A stretch of 64,000 bases of DNA from Raillietiella orientalis. Its lineage: Eukaryota. A program made the position numbers and the translations under genes. Under the pieces are notes generated by a model. That model made no database searches, was not told the origin of the DNA, and saw nothing but the letters and a program-made list of their open reading frames with translations. The stretch is taken from the NCBI GenBank assembly GCA_036172245.1, contig JAYWIR010000003.1, positions 2,108,001 through 2,172,000 of the forward strand, in the 5' to 3' direction. Positions 12,518-26,421 of this stretch are shown here, piece by piece. The first letter of the stretch is position 1. Every line of letters starts with the position of its first letter.

Positions 12518-15403
12518 TCCGCAACCCCGAGATGCATTCTCCCGGAAGTACCAAAATTTTCTGCGCGCGAATGCACTCTCGAAGAGGCGCTTTCCTAGCA
12601 TCCAGTGCGAATGACTCGTTTCGGAATGCCGTGCAAGCAGCTCGACGTCAGGAATCTCTGCTGGGACCGCCCACAAGCGATTTTCAAGTCTACGGATGCA
12701 CATACATGGACCTGTCCTCGAGGCCTCTCCATCGCGATCCAGTGTCGAATACAAGATGCGCGAATAAGGCGTTCCATGTACTTCGAACACCTCCAGCGGG
12801 ACGTCCTTCAGCTTGGACGAAACTCGGAAGCAGCGGCCACATCGCGAGTCGAAAGGCTGAGGTCAAATACCGCCGAGCTCGGTCCAACGACTTAGCACTT
12901 GCTGAAGGAACAGATACATGGACTATTAGCGAGCGGCCAACGCGCCTCGGGAGTGCATGTTCCGCATTAGACCCTGGAGTGTTGCTTTATTGCCTTTCGG
13001 ACGGACGGATCAAAGGGTTGCCGCGAACGAGCCTCGTCCTCCTGCCCGAATAAACGAACCACAAGAACCGGTCAGAAATCATCGCGCTTCGACTGCACGC
13101 GAGGGGCAAGAGGAAGGGGGAGACGCGTGGCGTTTCGGCATTTCTGGGCTCCGAGCTGCTCCCTGGCGCTTCCTTGCCGCGCAGCAGCCGCGACACCGCG
13201 GCGATTTCCAGAGTAGGATGGTAAATAGTCTACCTAATGTAGGCCTGCAGTAGAAGAAACAGGACGGGATGGCCACCAGCCTCTCCAATCGAAGGTCCTG
13301 CGCAGGCTGCCCGTTTCTTCGAAACAGAGCCTCTGGAGAGGTTGCTGCCACCGGGCTCAGGGGACGCCAGGATTGGCGGCGCGCCTCCTCACGATCGTCG
13401 GTGCTCCGTTTCTCCGTGCTCAAGATGCAAATCCTGAAAGATGAGCAAAAGCCCCTCCCCTTGGGGTCTCCCTACTCGAGCACGTGACCCGTACGGTTGC
13501 CCAGACAATCGGCGTGCCGAATTTCCTTCTCTCAGAACCATCCCTGCTCCAAAATCCCCTTAGAAGTGAGCTGGGTCACTGAACGGTCCGATCACACCCG
13601 TGCGGACAGAAAGCATCTTTGCGATGACAGCGGTCGTTCTATTCGGAAACTGCACCAGCGAAGCAAGCAATAGGGGCTCCTCTTCCGCCTAGTGCTCCGA
13701 CAGGAGCTCACGGAAGCCGTGAACCGGAGGTCTCCCGAAGCAATGCCACGAGTCCGGGCGCCCTCCAAGAAAACGCATGAAAAAGACGTGCCAAGGCTTG
13801 CAGGTCTCGAAGCTCCAAAAAGCAGATCCAAAATCAGCAGGTCAAATTCTTGGAAACTCCCGGCCTGAAACAATTTGCTAGGAGGAGATTTCGACCTCGA
13901 TATCAGCGAACGCAGATGGCTGCCCGGAGCAGCTGCAGCTCAGGGAAAATTCATCTGCAACCGCAGTGAAAGTCTTCCTTCCTCCTGACAGGCTTGCAGC
14001 TCGCTATGAATGCTCTCTTTACTCAGCCTCCATGAACTGCACTCTTTTCCTTTTTCTTTTGTTTCCTTTTTTTTTTTTTCCTGCGTCCCTAGAATGAGAA
14101 ATCCATCCTACCAGCCAAACTGCCGCCAAATTTCAGCGGCGGTCAGAGGGCGTTTCTCTAGAGAGCCTCACAACGTTGGGAGACTTTCGAAACAGTGACT
14201 CCTGGAGCGAGAGACTGGCTCCGTCTGGATCTCCACCACCAGCCACAGCCAACCAGTAAGAGATTTCGAAAAAATCGGGATGTTGCAATCTGTTGCCTTC
14301 GTGCGTCTCCGCGGCGTGCGCGCGGTTATCAAAGAAGCCACTCGCGCTCCTTAGAGAATGTGCTGATCGTGCCTTGCCGAACGGGAGGAGATTTCCGGCC
14401 TGAAAAGTGACCAGGGGTGACCTCGAGGGTGGTTCAGCTCAGTCCTGTCCTTTGTAGCATCCATCCAGCTTTCTTGCCACCTGGGAGAGGAAAAGAGGAA
14501 CCAGGTCTTACAGACCGCGCTTAAATACGAGAATCCTCTCTCAACTCCAATTGCTTTCTCTCTGTTCACCATGGAGACGGCAGCGTTGCATGCGGAAAAA
14601 CACCCCAAAATCAAGAAATGCTTCAGAATCTCAAAATGATTTTCGGATTCGCTGCTCTTGTCGCTCGGGAAGAAATGAAGGCTGGAAAAATGGAAGACGA
14701 AAGGAAAACGAAAGATCGAAAGGTTCTTTTCGACTCCTTGGAGAGCCTCGTAGACCTTGCCGACGAACTGCACGACCTCATCACACGGTCACCCCTGGAA
14801 GGAATTTCAGGAAGCACGCGAAAGATGAAAAAAACTTCACCGTCTTGTTCTTGTCGTCAAATTGCCGACATCGCCGTGGCCACCATCCTCGAGGTTCGAC
14901 CATTCTGCCCAATTCGGGAAGCCCCGTTCGACGGCCTCAAGCTGACGAGGGACGAGCGGATCCTGTCAGGCGCAAATTGCCAGCAGGTGGGTTGGCGACA
15001 GATCTCAGACCCCTTCTTTGCACGAGAGCTGATTCATGGACCAAGTAGCTCATCGGTGGCTCGGATGGGTTTCGGGAAGGATCGGTCTGCAGCACGTGGG
15101 GGCGCGCGATCCGAGCTCGTGGAACCAAGGGAGTGGAAGAGGTGCATTCTTGCCGCCGGGGACCGCGCCACGCCTTCAAAACGTCCCTGCCATCAATGGG
15201 TCGCACGGGGAATTCCACATCTTCCGCCTCCTTCCCCACCCTTTCCTTCCTGGTGATTCCCTCAGAAGGCAGACGGAACCTCCATCTCCACTGGAAAATT
15301 CCACGAAGTTCGCCCGCAGGGGAGAGCGGCTTGCGTCATCTCGGAGAAAGGCGGATGGCTGCGATCTATCCCTTTCTTGAATGCTTGACATGCAGAGCGG
15401 AAG

Positions 15404-15440
15404 CTCCTGGTCCGGTCCTGGTGCAGGACCGGACCAGGAG
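15404..15440. repeat. Perfect inverted repeat (17-bp arms, 3-nt loop)
   Basis: CTCCTGGTCCGGTCCTG-GTG-CAGGACCGGACCAGGAG. Confidence 0.95.
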
Positions 15441-17502
15441 ACGCCAAAGACAAAAAACAGACGTTCGGAGAAAGCAGAGAGCGCTGACTGGTGTAGAAAT
15501 GGCGAATAACGAAGCACGCGGCTTCATGTATGAATAGTGAGGGATGCTGTTTTGCGAAGACCTCCTCGAAAGCAGAGGCGCAAAAGAAACAACAACAACA
15601 GCAACTGAGGTACACAGTAGTAAAGAAAAGCCTAATTCTTTCTGGTCTTCCATTTCGACCTTGTAGAAGGTCGCTGCTGAATGGATTTTTTCTTCAGAAG
15701 TTTCCGACTCAGAAGGTGAAGAGTGATTCTCGTGGACAAGAGGTGGAGGAACCCGTGAGTAGGCCTTGTGAGTGACCTTTGGAAGTGGGTACACAGTTGC
15801 AAGCGGCTATGCCAAACCATGCAATGAAAACAAAAAAATCTCTTTAAGGACTTTGCTATCTGAATGTCTGATGAAAACCATGGAAATAGGATGGAAGCAA
15901 TGTAGCTGAAAGGTGCACAACGTTGGGTGAAGAAAACATCTCTGATGGGTTTTGAACGATTGCTGCTGAAAGGAGGTTCCTGGCAGAGAGTAGGCACTGA
16001 TCTTCGTCCTTCTTGAGTGATCTTGAGTAATCAGTCGATGCGTGGGATTGAAGATTGCCTCCAGAAACGTATGCTGTGCCATGTGGTCCCCGTGGTAACA
16101 GAACTGAAAGCGCAGTTGGCATTGGCTTCGTCCATTTTAAGTGGGACATTGCCAACAGCGGTGGGAGAGAAAACACGAAAGAAACGGTGATGCCGTGAGC
16201 AATGATGTTAGCTGACACTGCACCAGGATACTCAGGTATCCATGTGCGATGTTCTCAATCCGCAAATGCACACCGCGGCTCAACAATTCCGTGCGTTACT
16301 TTGCAATGTTGAGGTACAGAATGTTTACAGACTCTGATGAGTCCGATGCGTCATTCCGTGAACGACTTCATGACAATTGAAGATTTCTTACTCAAATGCA
16401 AAGCATTTTGATGAGAGACACAAGTGTTCCTCCGAGCTGGAGCCAACGCTGAGTCGGTCGCAGGTACTGCGATATGCGCAGGGGAAAAACAGGTTTTCGC
16501 TTCGGCTCACCGCGACACGATCCAAGTCGTCAAACTTCCGACAGCCATCGCCGAAATTTGCAAGGATTTCGATGCCATGCACCGGTCACCCGAAGGAGCA
16601 CTCGAATGTGTTTTTTTTTCTTCTGCATCCTCAGTTTTTCATTCCGGACATGTCTGGTGAACCCACGTTCTTTCGGCGTTTGCAGGGAGCGAAGATAATT
16701 TCGCGGGAAATCGGATGCTTTTCTTGTCGCGCCGTTGACTTGCAGCAGTGCTTCTCGCATCATTTCCTTTGGGTGCGCCAAAAGAACTCCCATCCCGTTT
16801 GCGAATCTTATTTCCATGAGTGGACACGACAGCTGTCCTTAAACGCCGATAAAAGTGCGCACTTTCACTTCATCCGCAAACTTTCGCCTCTGCGGTTGGA
16901 ACCTCTGCAGGCGCGAGTAATTTTTACGTGCATCCGAACGCCGACTGGCAGGTTTTCGTAGCCAAGGAAGAGATGCTTCCTTGATCCAAAGGAGTGGAAG
17001 AAGAGGGAATCTGCTTGCAGGACCACAGCAAGTTCATTCCACGGCGACACACGTCTTTTAGGTTTTCCCATCCGAGATGGAAAGCGCTTGCGCGAGCACC
17101 GTTCCGTGTTGTGCGTTTTTATCTTCCCGAGCAACGCGCAGAGCACGCAAGAAAAGGGAACCAAAGGATTGCTTTGAGAGAAAAATTGCTCGTCGCGGCG
17201 GGGAAGCATGCGCATCTGAACTTTTCTCGTGCGCCCGGAACTAAACTAGCGGATAACGGCAGCATCCAGACCATCAAGCGAAGTTTTTCCATGTAAATTC
17301 TAATGGCACCTCAGTCTCTGTCGTGCAGTCGAAAATGCCGAGGTTTCGTCGGGTTGCACCACGGGCCTTTCAAACGCAAGCCATGGAGCGACTGCCAAGC
17401 AGAATTCGAACTTGACATCCATGCTGAAGACAAGAAGGAGCAGGAGCGTGTCAAAGGTTGACTCTTAAAACAATTCGAGCAGAGTCGTCCAATTTGCCCA
17501 AC

Positions 17503-18470
17503 TCCACGACTTGAACGCATCAGTCCCGAGCATTTTGAGAAAGCCGAGGGCAACGGGCCTGTGCAGATGGAGAGTGCGCTCGCGAAGCCCCGTCCGCAAG
17601 CAAGACGGGACCTCGGAAGCTGCCGTCAATCGGCGGGAAAGAAAGCGTGGATCAGAGAGTCGGAGAAGCACGGAATGGCGAACGTACGAGCGCGAAGGCG
17701 GTCGAGATGGTACGAGGGCGTTGCGGCCACCTACTGGATTTGGAGCCTCCGAGAGACCGACTAAGCCTCCCAACTGGTTCGGGACAGCCAGCAGGCACCA
17801 AGCGGGAACGGCGTCATGTGCAGCGCGACTTTCGCGAGAAGGTGCACAGGCTTGGAGTGGGCGTCCGCGCTGCCAAAACCTTTGGCGAAGTTGACAAGTG
17901 CGCAGGGGACAGGGTGCGCGCTGGTGGTGGAGCCAGATATGACAGGAGGCAGAGCGGAAGTCGAGGAGTGGTGGCACGGAGGGTGGCTGCGAGAAGAAGC
18001 GAGCGAAGGCAAACCATGGTTGTCGTGGGGGAAGGTGGGTTCGGGAATAGGGCACTCGACGGAAAAGCGTGAGTCGTTTTTGCATGTGACGCGCTGCCCT
18101 TGCGAGGCACTCGGTGGGTGGTTGCTCTGGAGCAGCGTGTGTTTCATGTTCGTAAGCGTGACGGGTAGGTCTGTTTTGAATGCCTGAGGAACAGGAGAGT
18201 GTGGAGTGACTGTTTGATGCATGCATTTTGTACGCAGAGGTCATCTCGCACGTGGTAGATTTGTGAAGGTTCCGTGCATCCGGGAAAGTCTTCAGCAGAG
18301 GAAACAACGTGCCGTGCACTAAAGTGTCATTTAGCTGAAGAGAGCTGTGAATATGTTTTCTCTGTTTCGACTCCCAGGAAATGCAACTGCAGTGGAAAAA
18401 GCAATCCCAAGATTTTTGAACACGATGAGAAATTGAATCTGCCCTGTTGATGTATTCTAGACATGAAGAC
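17503..18470 (+). repeat. 968-bp dispersed repeat, copy 1 (upstream of Dfd)
   Basis: Near-identical to 36512-37480 in the same orientation. I count about 7 substitutions and one 1-bp indel. Confidence 0.95.
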
Positions 18471-21400
18471 ATTATCGATTCGCTGGACAGAAAGCATCTT
18501 ATAGATGTGTGTTTCGCGGTAATTAACATCTGAGGTCGTTCTATCAACGGCAATGAGAGAATGCGCATTTGTGGTAAACACTGCAGAACCATTGCGCCTC
18601 TTGCAACATTTAGTGTGGTCGACTTTTCATTTCTCTCCCAAAAGGTGAAAGGTTAGCTTTTCATTAGCTCAGAGCGAATTAAACCGAGAATAGTACTTTG
18701 CCATGTTTTGAAGATTGCAGTCTCCTGGAATGAGTGAGATGGAAAACGCTTTTGGAGTCGGATTCGATATAGAGAATCACAAGATCACTCCTTTTTCTTG
18801 CAGTGGTTATATTTTACAATAATCGGCAGTATAGAGAACCGAGGAATAATGAAATGGTATGAAAGTGTATTTGCTTTCACTTGAAGTCCTTGGAAGAGGA
18901 ACTTGATAATGCTTGTGCTTGTTCTCGCTGGAAGCAAGACTTGTTCAGGTTGACCGTGTGTTTGATGAGCTGCAGTTTTTTCCAAACATGTAGGGGTGAC
19001 AAAAACACTTTCCACTCTGGATAAAGCGAGGAAAAAACTCTGCAGCTCGTTTGCAACAAAATTCGTTTATCCGTTTTCCCGTGCTCCACGAGAATCCGCT
19101 ACTTTGGACTCGTGGAGACGAAAAAAAAAAAGGAAAAAAAGGATGCCATTTTTGAGGCGAGAAATGCTATTTTTTTTTGTCATCTTCTGCAGGCAGCGAG
19201 ATTCTTTTTGCTCTAGGCTCTTCGTTTCGCCGTTGGTTGCTTCTCTGGCTGTGTCTATCTGAAAGATCTAGTAACCGAGGAAGCAAACCAGATTGAAGAA
19301 TGCATGCCAGGCAAGATCTTCTAACAAGGCCTAGCTGTTTTCTTCATGATTAATGGCTTACGAGCGATGCATTAAATATTGGGGTATCTGCCCATTTGGA
19401 GCTGATATCATAGCGTTGCTACACTTCTAGAGGTACGGCAGCACCAGGGTGCGTATCCTTGGGACAGACCAGACCAGCGGCTCTAGGGTGTCTGGAAATT
19501 TTGTCCATCGTAGGAGTGGTTCCACCACTTTTGCCGCATGTGATTCGCCAGCATGACTTAGAAAGGATAGGATTGAGCAGCACTTGGCAAAAAAAACGAT
19601 GCTAAAGAATGCTGCCTTCCCTCCAGTTCAACCTACGCTACGCTGCTGTGACGATTTTTGCAGGCAACTAATTACCGAATGATTGAATTTCTTTTACTTC
19701 TCGATTCCTCATGATTCACAAAGGACGAGAATAACTGCTGCTGCGAAGAATACACCAAAGGATTCGGAATCTAAGTGGTTCTAATCGAGTAATAATTTCA
19801 CACTTCACGAGAGGAGGGCACATGACACCGAAATCATCGGCATCAGTACCCAGGAACGCATTTCGTACACTTTCACAGTCAGGTTCTCTTATTCACGGGG
19901 GCGATTGGCGTACGCGGAAATTCCCTTGCGACCGAGTTTTCCCGTGGAGAATGAACCTTCCGTGCATAATTGTATAAGAGATATAGAGCTGACTGATGTG
20001 CACACCACCTCAATGTCAAGTGAAGCTGCGTAACATTCCACCGAGAGGTCTCGATAGCGTTTTCCTATTTCCGCACTAGATTGGGGCAAATTTTTCTGAA
20101 AATTTCCATATTCCTCTCAAGGCAGCTTCCTTCGTGCTCGATGCAACGTTTCTTCAAAACTCTCTCTGCAAGGGAGGCTAATTTATTCCTCATTTCGCCC
20201 TGCTGCCGGTATCCATCTGAGATGCACAGCCGTGTGGACGGAGAGTCCGATTTCATCTTTCGAAAATGCACTTCGAGGCGGGCCAAGCATCATTTAGGAA
20301 CAATGTCACCTCACATTCCCTCTTATTTGTTTCTCACTGCGCGGGGAGCACTTTCGTTCATCTTCGTAGGCTTTCACAACTTCCAAATATTTAGATCAGG
20401 AGTCTCCTGAGAGTTCCAGCGACACACTCATGTCAGCGTATTTGGATTATGGGCATTCGCAGTTCTTTTGGATTTCATAGTCCTTTTCAAACCGAACGAC
20501 ATGCTGCAGACACAATTTCTCTTTCAAAGAATGCTGCTCCCATCGATGAAATAATGGATCACCTTCGCATGGCTTTGATGCGGCTCGAAAGTCACCGAGC
20601 GCTCCTTTTTTTTTTGCCTAAATGATGGTTTCCGAATGTATTCCCAAATGCCCACTATACTTCATTGTCAATGTCACAGGCTTCCGACTCAGGTCAAAGA
20701 GAAAACCTCGTATTGTGCTGAGCGTTTGGCGTCCTTTCCAAGTTTTATAAATACACGGCTGACATCCAGCCTTTCTTTGATGGCGGAGATAAATGCGAAA
20801 TACTGAAAAAGTGCGGTACTCGCACCCTTTCTAGGTGGATGCGCGGATGTAGCCACGTACATGTGTATCCGAGTGCTCATACGTCCATCCGTGGACGGTT
20901 AAGAGAGAACATCGGAGAGTTCGGGCTCGCTGCGCACTCTGCGCACTTCTGCGCGTGGATGCCAACGGACTCCGCAGCACGAAATGGCAATCGCAGGCTT
21001 CCCGGTAACCTCAGTCGGGAAGGAGGACAGGAGAGGATGTTTCAGCAGCCTCGAACCTAAGCTATGATGAACAGGTTTTATAGGAGCTGCACAAATTCCG
21101 GCTCTCTCAGCTACGCACGGGAAGAATGAGACGTCGATAAAGGACAAGAAAGTACCAGTGATGCGAGTTTTTGCTGCTGAGGTAGGTTATGCTACTTCAG
21201 CTCAAAGTCGCCAGAAGCGCTCGTTGGCATGGAGAAGATTTACGTGTTTCCTCGTCTCGGATAATACGAGTAAAGGACCTGCATGCTAAACCAAGGATCT
21301 CGGGAATAATGTGCGAATGGGTTAGGTAATGGCAATCAGTAAGCAAAGTGACGCCGATGCTGCATTGCAATCATCTCTTGTCCTCAGGACTCACTGAATA

Positions 21401-24400
21401 ACATCTTCCTTGAAGGCATTTGACTTGTACATTGAATTCCTAAAGCTTGGCTTTCTTGTTGTGCGGAGGTATTCCAACACAAGGAAGCCACTGTTGGCTG
21501 TGTTGGCTGCACAGCAGCCCACAGCGTTTCTGAAGAATTCTTCTATGAGCTGTATAATGGAGACTGAAGCATCGTCCAGATTACTCGACATTAGTCGGAG
21601 AGCCATCATTTATCATCGGGCAAAGGAAAATTTACCGTGAGCTTCTTCCGTGTGAACGCTTGGAGATTCGAAGTGTGTCGCTTCGTAGAAGCTTGTCTTG
21701 CTCTTCTCAGGCTTCCGGTTCCGGCATTGCAGCCAAATCTACAGCGTGGTTCATCTCATGGGGAGACGCAAATTGTTGAAAGAAGACAGAAGCACAAAAT
21801 CGCAGGCGATGGGCAACAGGCTGGGAGGAGAACCGGCTAATTAAAGACAGCCCATGAGAAGTGCCTGGGAACAAAAGATACCACTTAGATTCACGCAATA
21901 AGTGATGCTCAAATGATCGGCTTGATTGATTGACGCGCGGGATGAGAGGTTGCGACAGCTTTCTGGTAGCCACCTGTATAACTCGCAGGCTGAAAGTCTT
22001 TTGGAAAGGAAGCTCCACCGATGTTTATGAAAATGCTCATCCCGAGCGACAATGCGCCTCGGAAAATTTGTCGCCTTCAGAGCAACAGTTGCTTAGGAGC
22101 GCGAAAATGGGATTCTGGAGGAAAAAATGCTGTCCTCTGCGGTTTCCTCGGTGCAAACGCGAGTTCGAAGAAGTGCAAGAGGGGAGATGCAGTACCTCTC
22201 GCGAAGAGAGAGGCGTTTCGTCCAGCAAAATGTCAACAACGGAGGGATCCTCACTCGAGCGGAGATACCCGGAGCTTCCCAGGTCTCGCGATGCTGCTCT
22301 TCTCGCTCTTCGCACCGGGTTTCCTTCTCCCAGTCTACTTCATCCTCCCCTGCGACTGCTGCTGACTTACGGGAAGCCCTTCAATGCTTCCTGTGCATGA
22401 GCCCAGTGCATTTGCTGGAGCAACCTTTCCGTGTTTCTCACAGTGCAGAGAGGTGGCGAGAGACAAATCAGGGACTTCTTGTTTTTACTTCGGAAGGATT
22501 TCGCAGTTTGCCGGAAAATTGAAAAGAAAACGTGGCCGTACTTTTGGCCACGAAAAGGAGATGTGTTGGCAGGTGAAAGACGGGATCAGTCGGTTCGGGG
22601 TGAGGAAAAATCTGACCCTCGAACGTGAAAGATCGGGGTGAGACGACTTGGGGTTCTAACCCGGTTATGTCGGGACACTTATTTTAAAAACACAAACTAC
22701 AAGTTCGAGGGGAAGAGTATCTCCTTAATAAAGAAGAAATGACAAAAAAAAAAAAAAAGTTATTCCGGGATAACCACCGGCACGCAGGCCGGCTTACGAA
22801 AAGTGGGGAACGGTGGGAGGGGACAATAAATAAATAACAAAAGACGGGAGAGCAGGGGTCTTTGTCATGTCATATTTCTTAATTTCTAGAAGCTGCTGAG
22901 GATGATGGAGTTCTCCCTGGAGACTTCTTCTGGCAGATGAGGCCTCCTTGCTGCTGTCCTCATGAGGGCTGCTGCCATACTGGTGGCCTCTCTTCGCCGC
23001 AAACCTTGATTCTAACACATGGCGGACTGTCACTATGGCGCGGATGCAACATCGCTTTGCAATCACAGTGCCCTTCTTCAGTCCATTTTCTGTGAGGAAT
23101 GGTCGCAGTGAGTCCGTTGCAGTGTCCTGCGGTCGACGAAGCGCCGAGTCCGCCCAAAGTTCTCGAGGGCACTGCCGTCCAGCAGGAGATGTGGGAGCGA
23201 TTCCATCGCCCCGCACCTTGAACTGTTGGGGGAGGCAAATTCCTCGAAAACCGGGTGCCTGCGCTAACTGCGCCGGAATTTCCAGTGCAGAAACAGCAGA
23301 ACATCCTGCTTTCACAGGAGCGGGAACACGGAGGTGTCCAGGCAAAGGGGAGGGACCACCAGCTCCTCGGGGGGGAACACCGAGTAGGTCGCTCCACCGA
23401 AGGAGTCATCTTGCCCGAAAACGAGCAGTGGCGGCGTGCACCAACTCCCCCGTCTTGCAGTCGTTCAGGACTTTTTCAATCCCTGCAATGCTGCAGGAGT
23501 ACTTCCCCGCTGGACGGCTGGTGTCTTGTCCTGAGGGCAGACAGCTCTGTGGCAAGGGGTGTGACGGCTGTCCGGGATCACTGCATCCAGTTCTGCAGGA
23601 GATCTCCCAGCGGTTTGCATAGGAGACCTGAGGCCATCGCAGTTCCTTTGAAAGCACTTCCAGAGTGGCATCCCAGGACTCTAGAGCCTCCTGCCTCCAG
23701 GCATTCCAGTTTATGGAGGGGGAAGTAGGAGATCCACGGAATTGAGGAAACGACTTGAGGAGCTGCTGACCTTGCCCTTGCTCTTCCTTCTTTGAATGAG
23801 ATCTGAAAGGCGGGATGGGGCGAGGCCTTCTGCATCCTAGACCTGCACGCCGTCGGCAGAAGAGGGACGAAGCGGGTCGCGGATCGAAAAACTGCCCACC
23901 CTTTGCTGATTTCTTGGATGGAATTTTCTTGACGGGTGTACAACGAGGAAAGGAACCGCTTGCAGCCCCATGGCAAAACCGCCGAGAAAGATCCGACGAA
24001 CGCACAGCGTGAAATTCGCGTGCAACAGCAACAGCAGCAGCAGCAGCAATCCATCATCTCTCAGCTGATAAAGGGAGTCCGGAGAGCCGTGGAAACCGCC
24101 GATGAACGCGCGTGCGCGGTGCCGACGGTCTCCTCAGCGTTTTACGGACTGCCTGCCTTGCAACCATCATGCTTTGGACTCCAAATCCGGTTCATCGGTC
24201 AACCTGACCGGCTCCCGAATGTCATTGTGACCTATTAGCAAGTCGGCATGTAATTCATCATCAAGTGGTGCGCGCGTTCTGTAGCCTGAGGTGGGTTCCG
24301 CTGCAGCTCGTGAAGGCGCCCGCGCGAACACAAGCTGCTCCCTTCCCACTCGCTTCCCTCCAAAGGGAAGTATTTCCCGCTCGTTTTCGGATGTTCGCAG

Positions 24401-26404
24401 CCCCATCCCTCCTTGTTCGGAGGAAGGAGTTCGCGTTCCCCGAGAAGACCAGTCGGGAGATCGAACGGGAACGTGCGCAAGCGTTTCCAGCGGGCTTGGC
24501 GGTGCGACCACGAACAGCAGGAATGGGCATCTTGCTAGCTGCGCTTTCCTTACCCCCTATGTCCTCTCAGACGTGGGCCGTCTTTTTGGCCCTTCGGAAT
24601 GCGGTCCTTGAGAAGGATGCCACCTGCGACACTCCGCGAGACCAATCGGCTGACTGCGATGACCTCGGTTGTGAGATTCAGCATTTGCTCCTTCCCTGCT
24701 CCAGAATGCGGGACGCCCTCGAGGACTCCAAAGTTCCGAGAATGTCCATCAGGACCCGGGGAGTCACAGCGCGCACCCCCGCGCATCGAATTTTCAAGGG
24801 AACAGGCACTCACCGTTTCTCAAGGCTCAGCCCAGGGTATAGCTTTTCACTCGAGCCGGAAACTCCGGGATACCGAAGTCAAACTCGCCTCCGGAGACGA
24901 GCCAGCCAGGGAGCGAGTCCAAGGGGTCTGGTGTAGACAAGACCGCCTCGGGGCGAGTGACGTTGCTTCATGTGCCTAGTCTTTCCGCTCCTCGGTAGCA
25001 GAGTTCATGTGAAACGTGAGCGGCGCACGGTTCGAGCCCGCGGAACAGCCATCACCTCCTCTGGTTGCCATGGAGACGCTTCCCTGCCCCTCCCCGCTCC
25101 CCCTTTCCTGCATAGTTTTATTCGCTTTCCGTTCAGGAGGTCGGTGGCAAGACTTTTCAGGTCCTGCAGAAGGTGCCTCCGGGGAAGGCGGCGAGCGAAT
25201 GAAGCGGACGCTTCCGGCAGCAGACGGCGCTCTTCATCAGGAGCGTCTGGAGGCTGTTCGCCGTTCCGGTCGGTTCCGTCCCACCTCGGCCTGGGGACAT
25301 GCCGAGTCATCGCGCGCGCGTCTGAGTCACGGTTGCCCTACCCCAGCTCACGTCCGGTTCCGTGATCAGCCAGGGAGAAGGGCACTGAAGGAATGCCGCT
25401 CTCTCCCATTGGTCCCGTGCAATAGCCAAAGGCCACAAACCGAGCGTGACCGCCTGCCGCTGTGGAGCCTGGGAGCGCCCCCAGTGACTGCGAAGAGATT
25501 CGCACGGCTGCTTTGCACCAACTCTCGTCCTGGTGGTGGTGTGGAGGAGGAACGGGCTGCATCCGATACTGCGGTGGCTCAACCGAATGCTAGCGCATGG
25601 GCGCAGGCCGTAGGGAGGGAGGGAATTTGGAACCGGGCTGCTCCGAAGCTGCTGGAAGGAAGGAACAAGGATCGCAGGCCTCTGTGGAGCAGCAGAAGGT
25701 GCACACTAGAAGGAAATCGTGGGACGGCTCCTGAATCTCTCTGCTACTCTTCCTCCTGCACTCCTTCTTTCGCTCCTCCTATGCCCGCCCTCACCTCCGT
25801 TTCCCTTATCCATCCCTTATCCCCGTTTACCATTCTTTCCTTCCTTTCCTCTTCATTCCCTGACGTTCATCTGAAAAAAAAAAAAGAATTTTGTTGCTGA
25901 GGGAGGAGGGATCCAGAGACCCCTCCCCCCCTGCAGCGCGACCTACTCATCACGTGTTTCAGTTCCAATAATAATAATAATAACTCTCTCTATGACGAGG
26001 TGCAGCCTCCTAGTCTTTCTTCCGCATTTCCCTCCACTTCTTGTACTTATGGAACGGCAGGTGCTGCGGATGGAGGTGACGGATGGTGGTCCCATTCGAG
26101 CATGGTCTCCACGGCGCATGAACCAAGACGTGCCCAGTCCATCACGAGAGGAACCCCGAGAGTCAAGAAGCGGTGGAAAATTCCGACGGTCCGGTCCTCT
26201 GGTGCAGAGGACTTAAAAGTGCCCCGGAGAAGAAGCTCGAGGACGAAAGAAGGCTGACAAGGAGGAGCAGGGAGGAGCTGAGGGACTTTGGAAAAAAATC
26301 AGGTGGGACCCAGTGGGCAGGGTGCGGTTCCCATGAAGTGGGAAAGGAGGATGGACACCTCCTCAGACATCGAGGAGTCCCTCTGTCGCCCTCCTCAAAG
26401 CTCC

Positions 26405-26421
26405 TGCGCCATCTGGGGGCG
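26405..26421 (-). promoter_or_regulatory. CTCF-like motif upstream of Dfd
   Basis: The minus strand reads CGCCCCCAGATGGCGCA, close to the CTCF consensus CCASYAGRKGGCRS. Confidence 0.35.

Noticed and set aside
17503..18470. Helitron interpretation (starts TC, CTAG near 3' end)
   Set aside because: Shared sequence continues 10 bp past CTAG, there is no subterminal hairpin, and the A|T insertion site is not met.
17465..18592. 375-aa minus-strand ORF spanning repeat copy 1 (and 199-aa + ORF 36483-37082 in copy 2)
   Set aside because: No recognisable domain. The frames are not preserved between the two ~99% identical copies (indel and stop), which argues against coding constraint.
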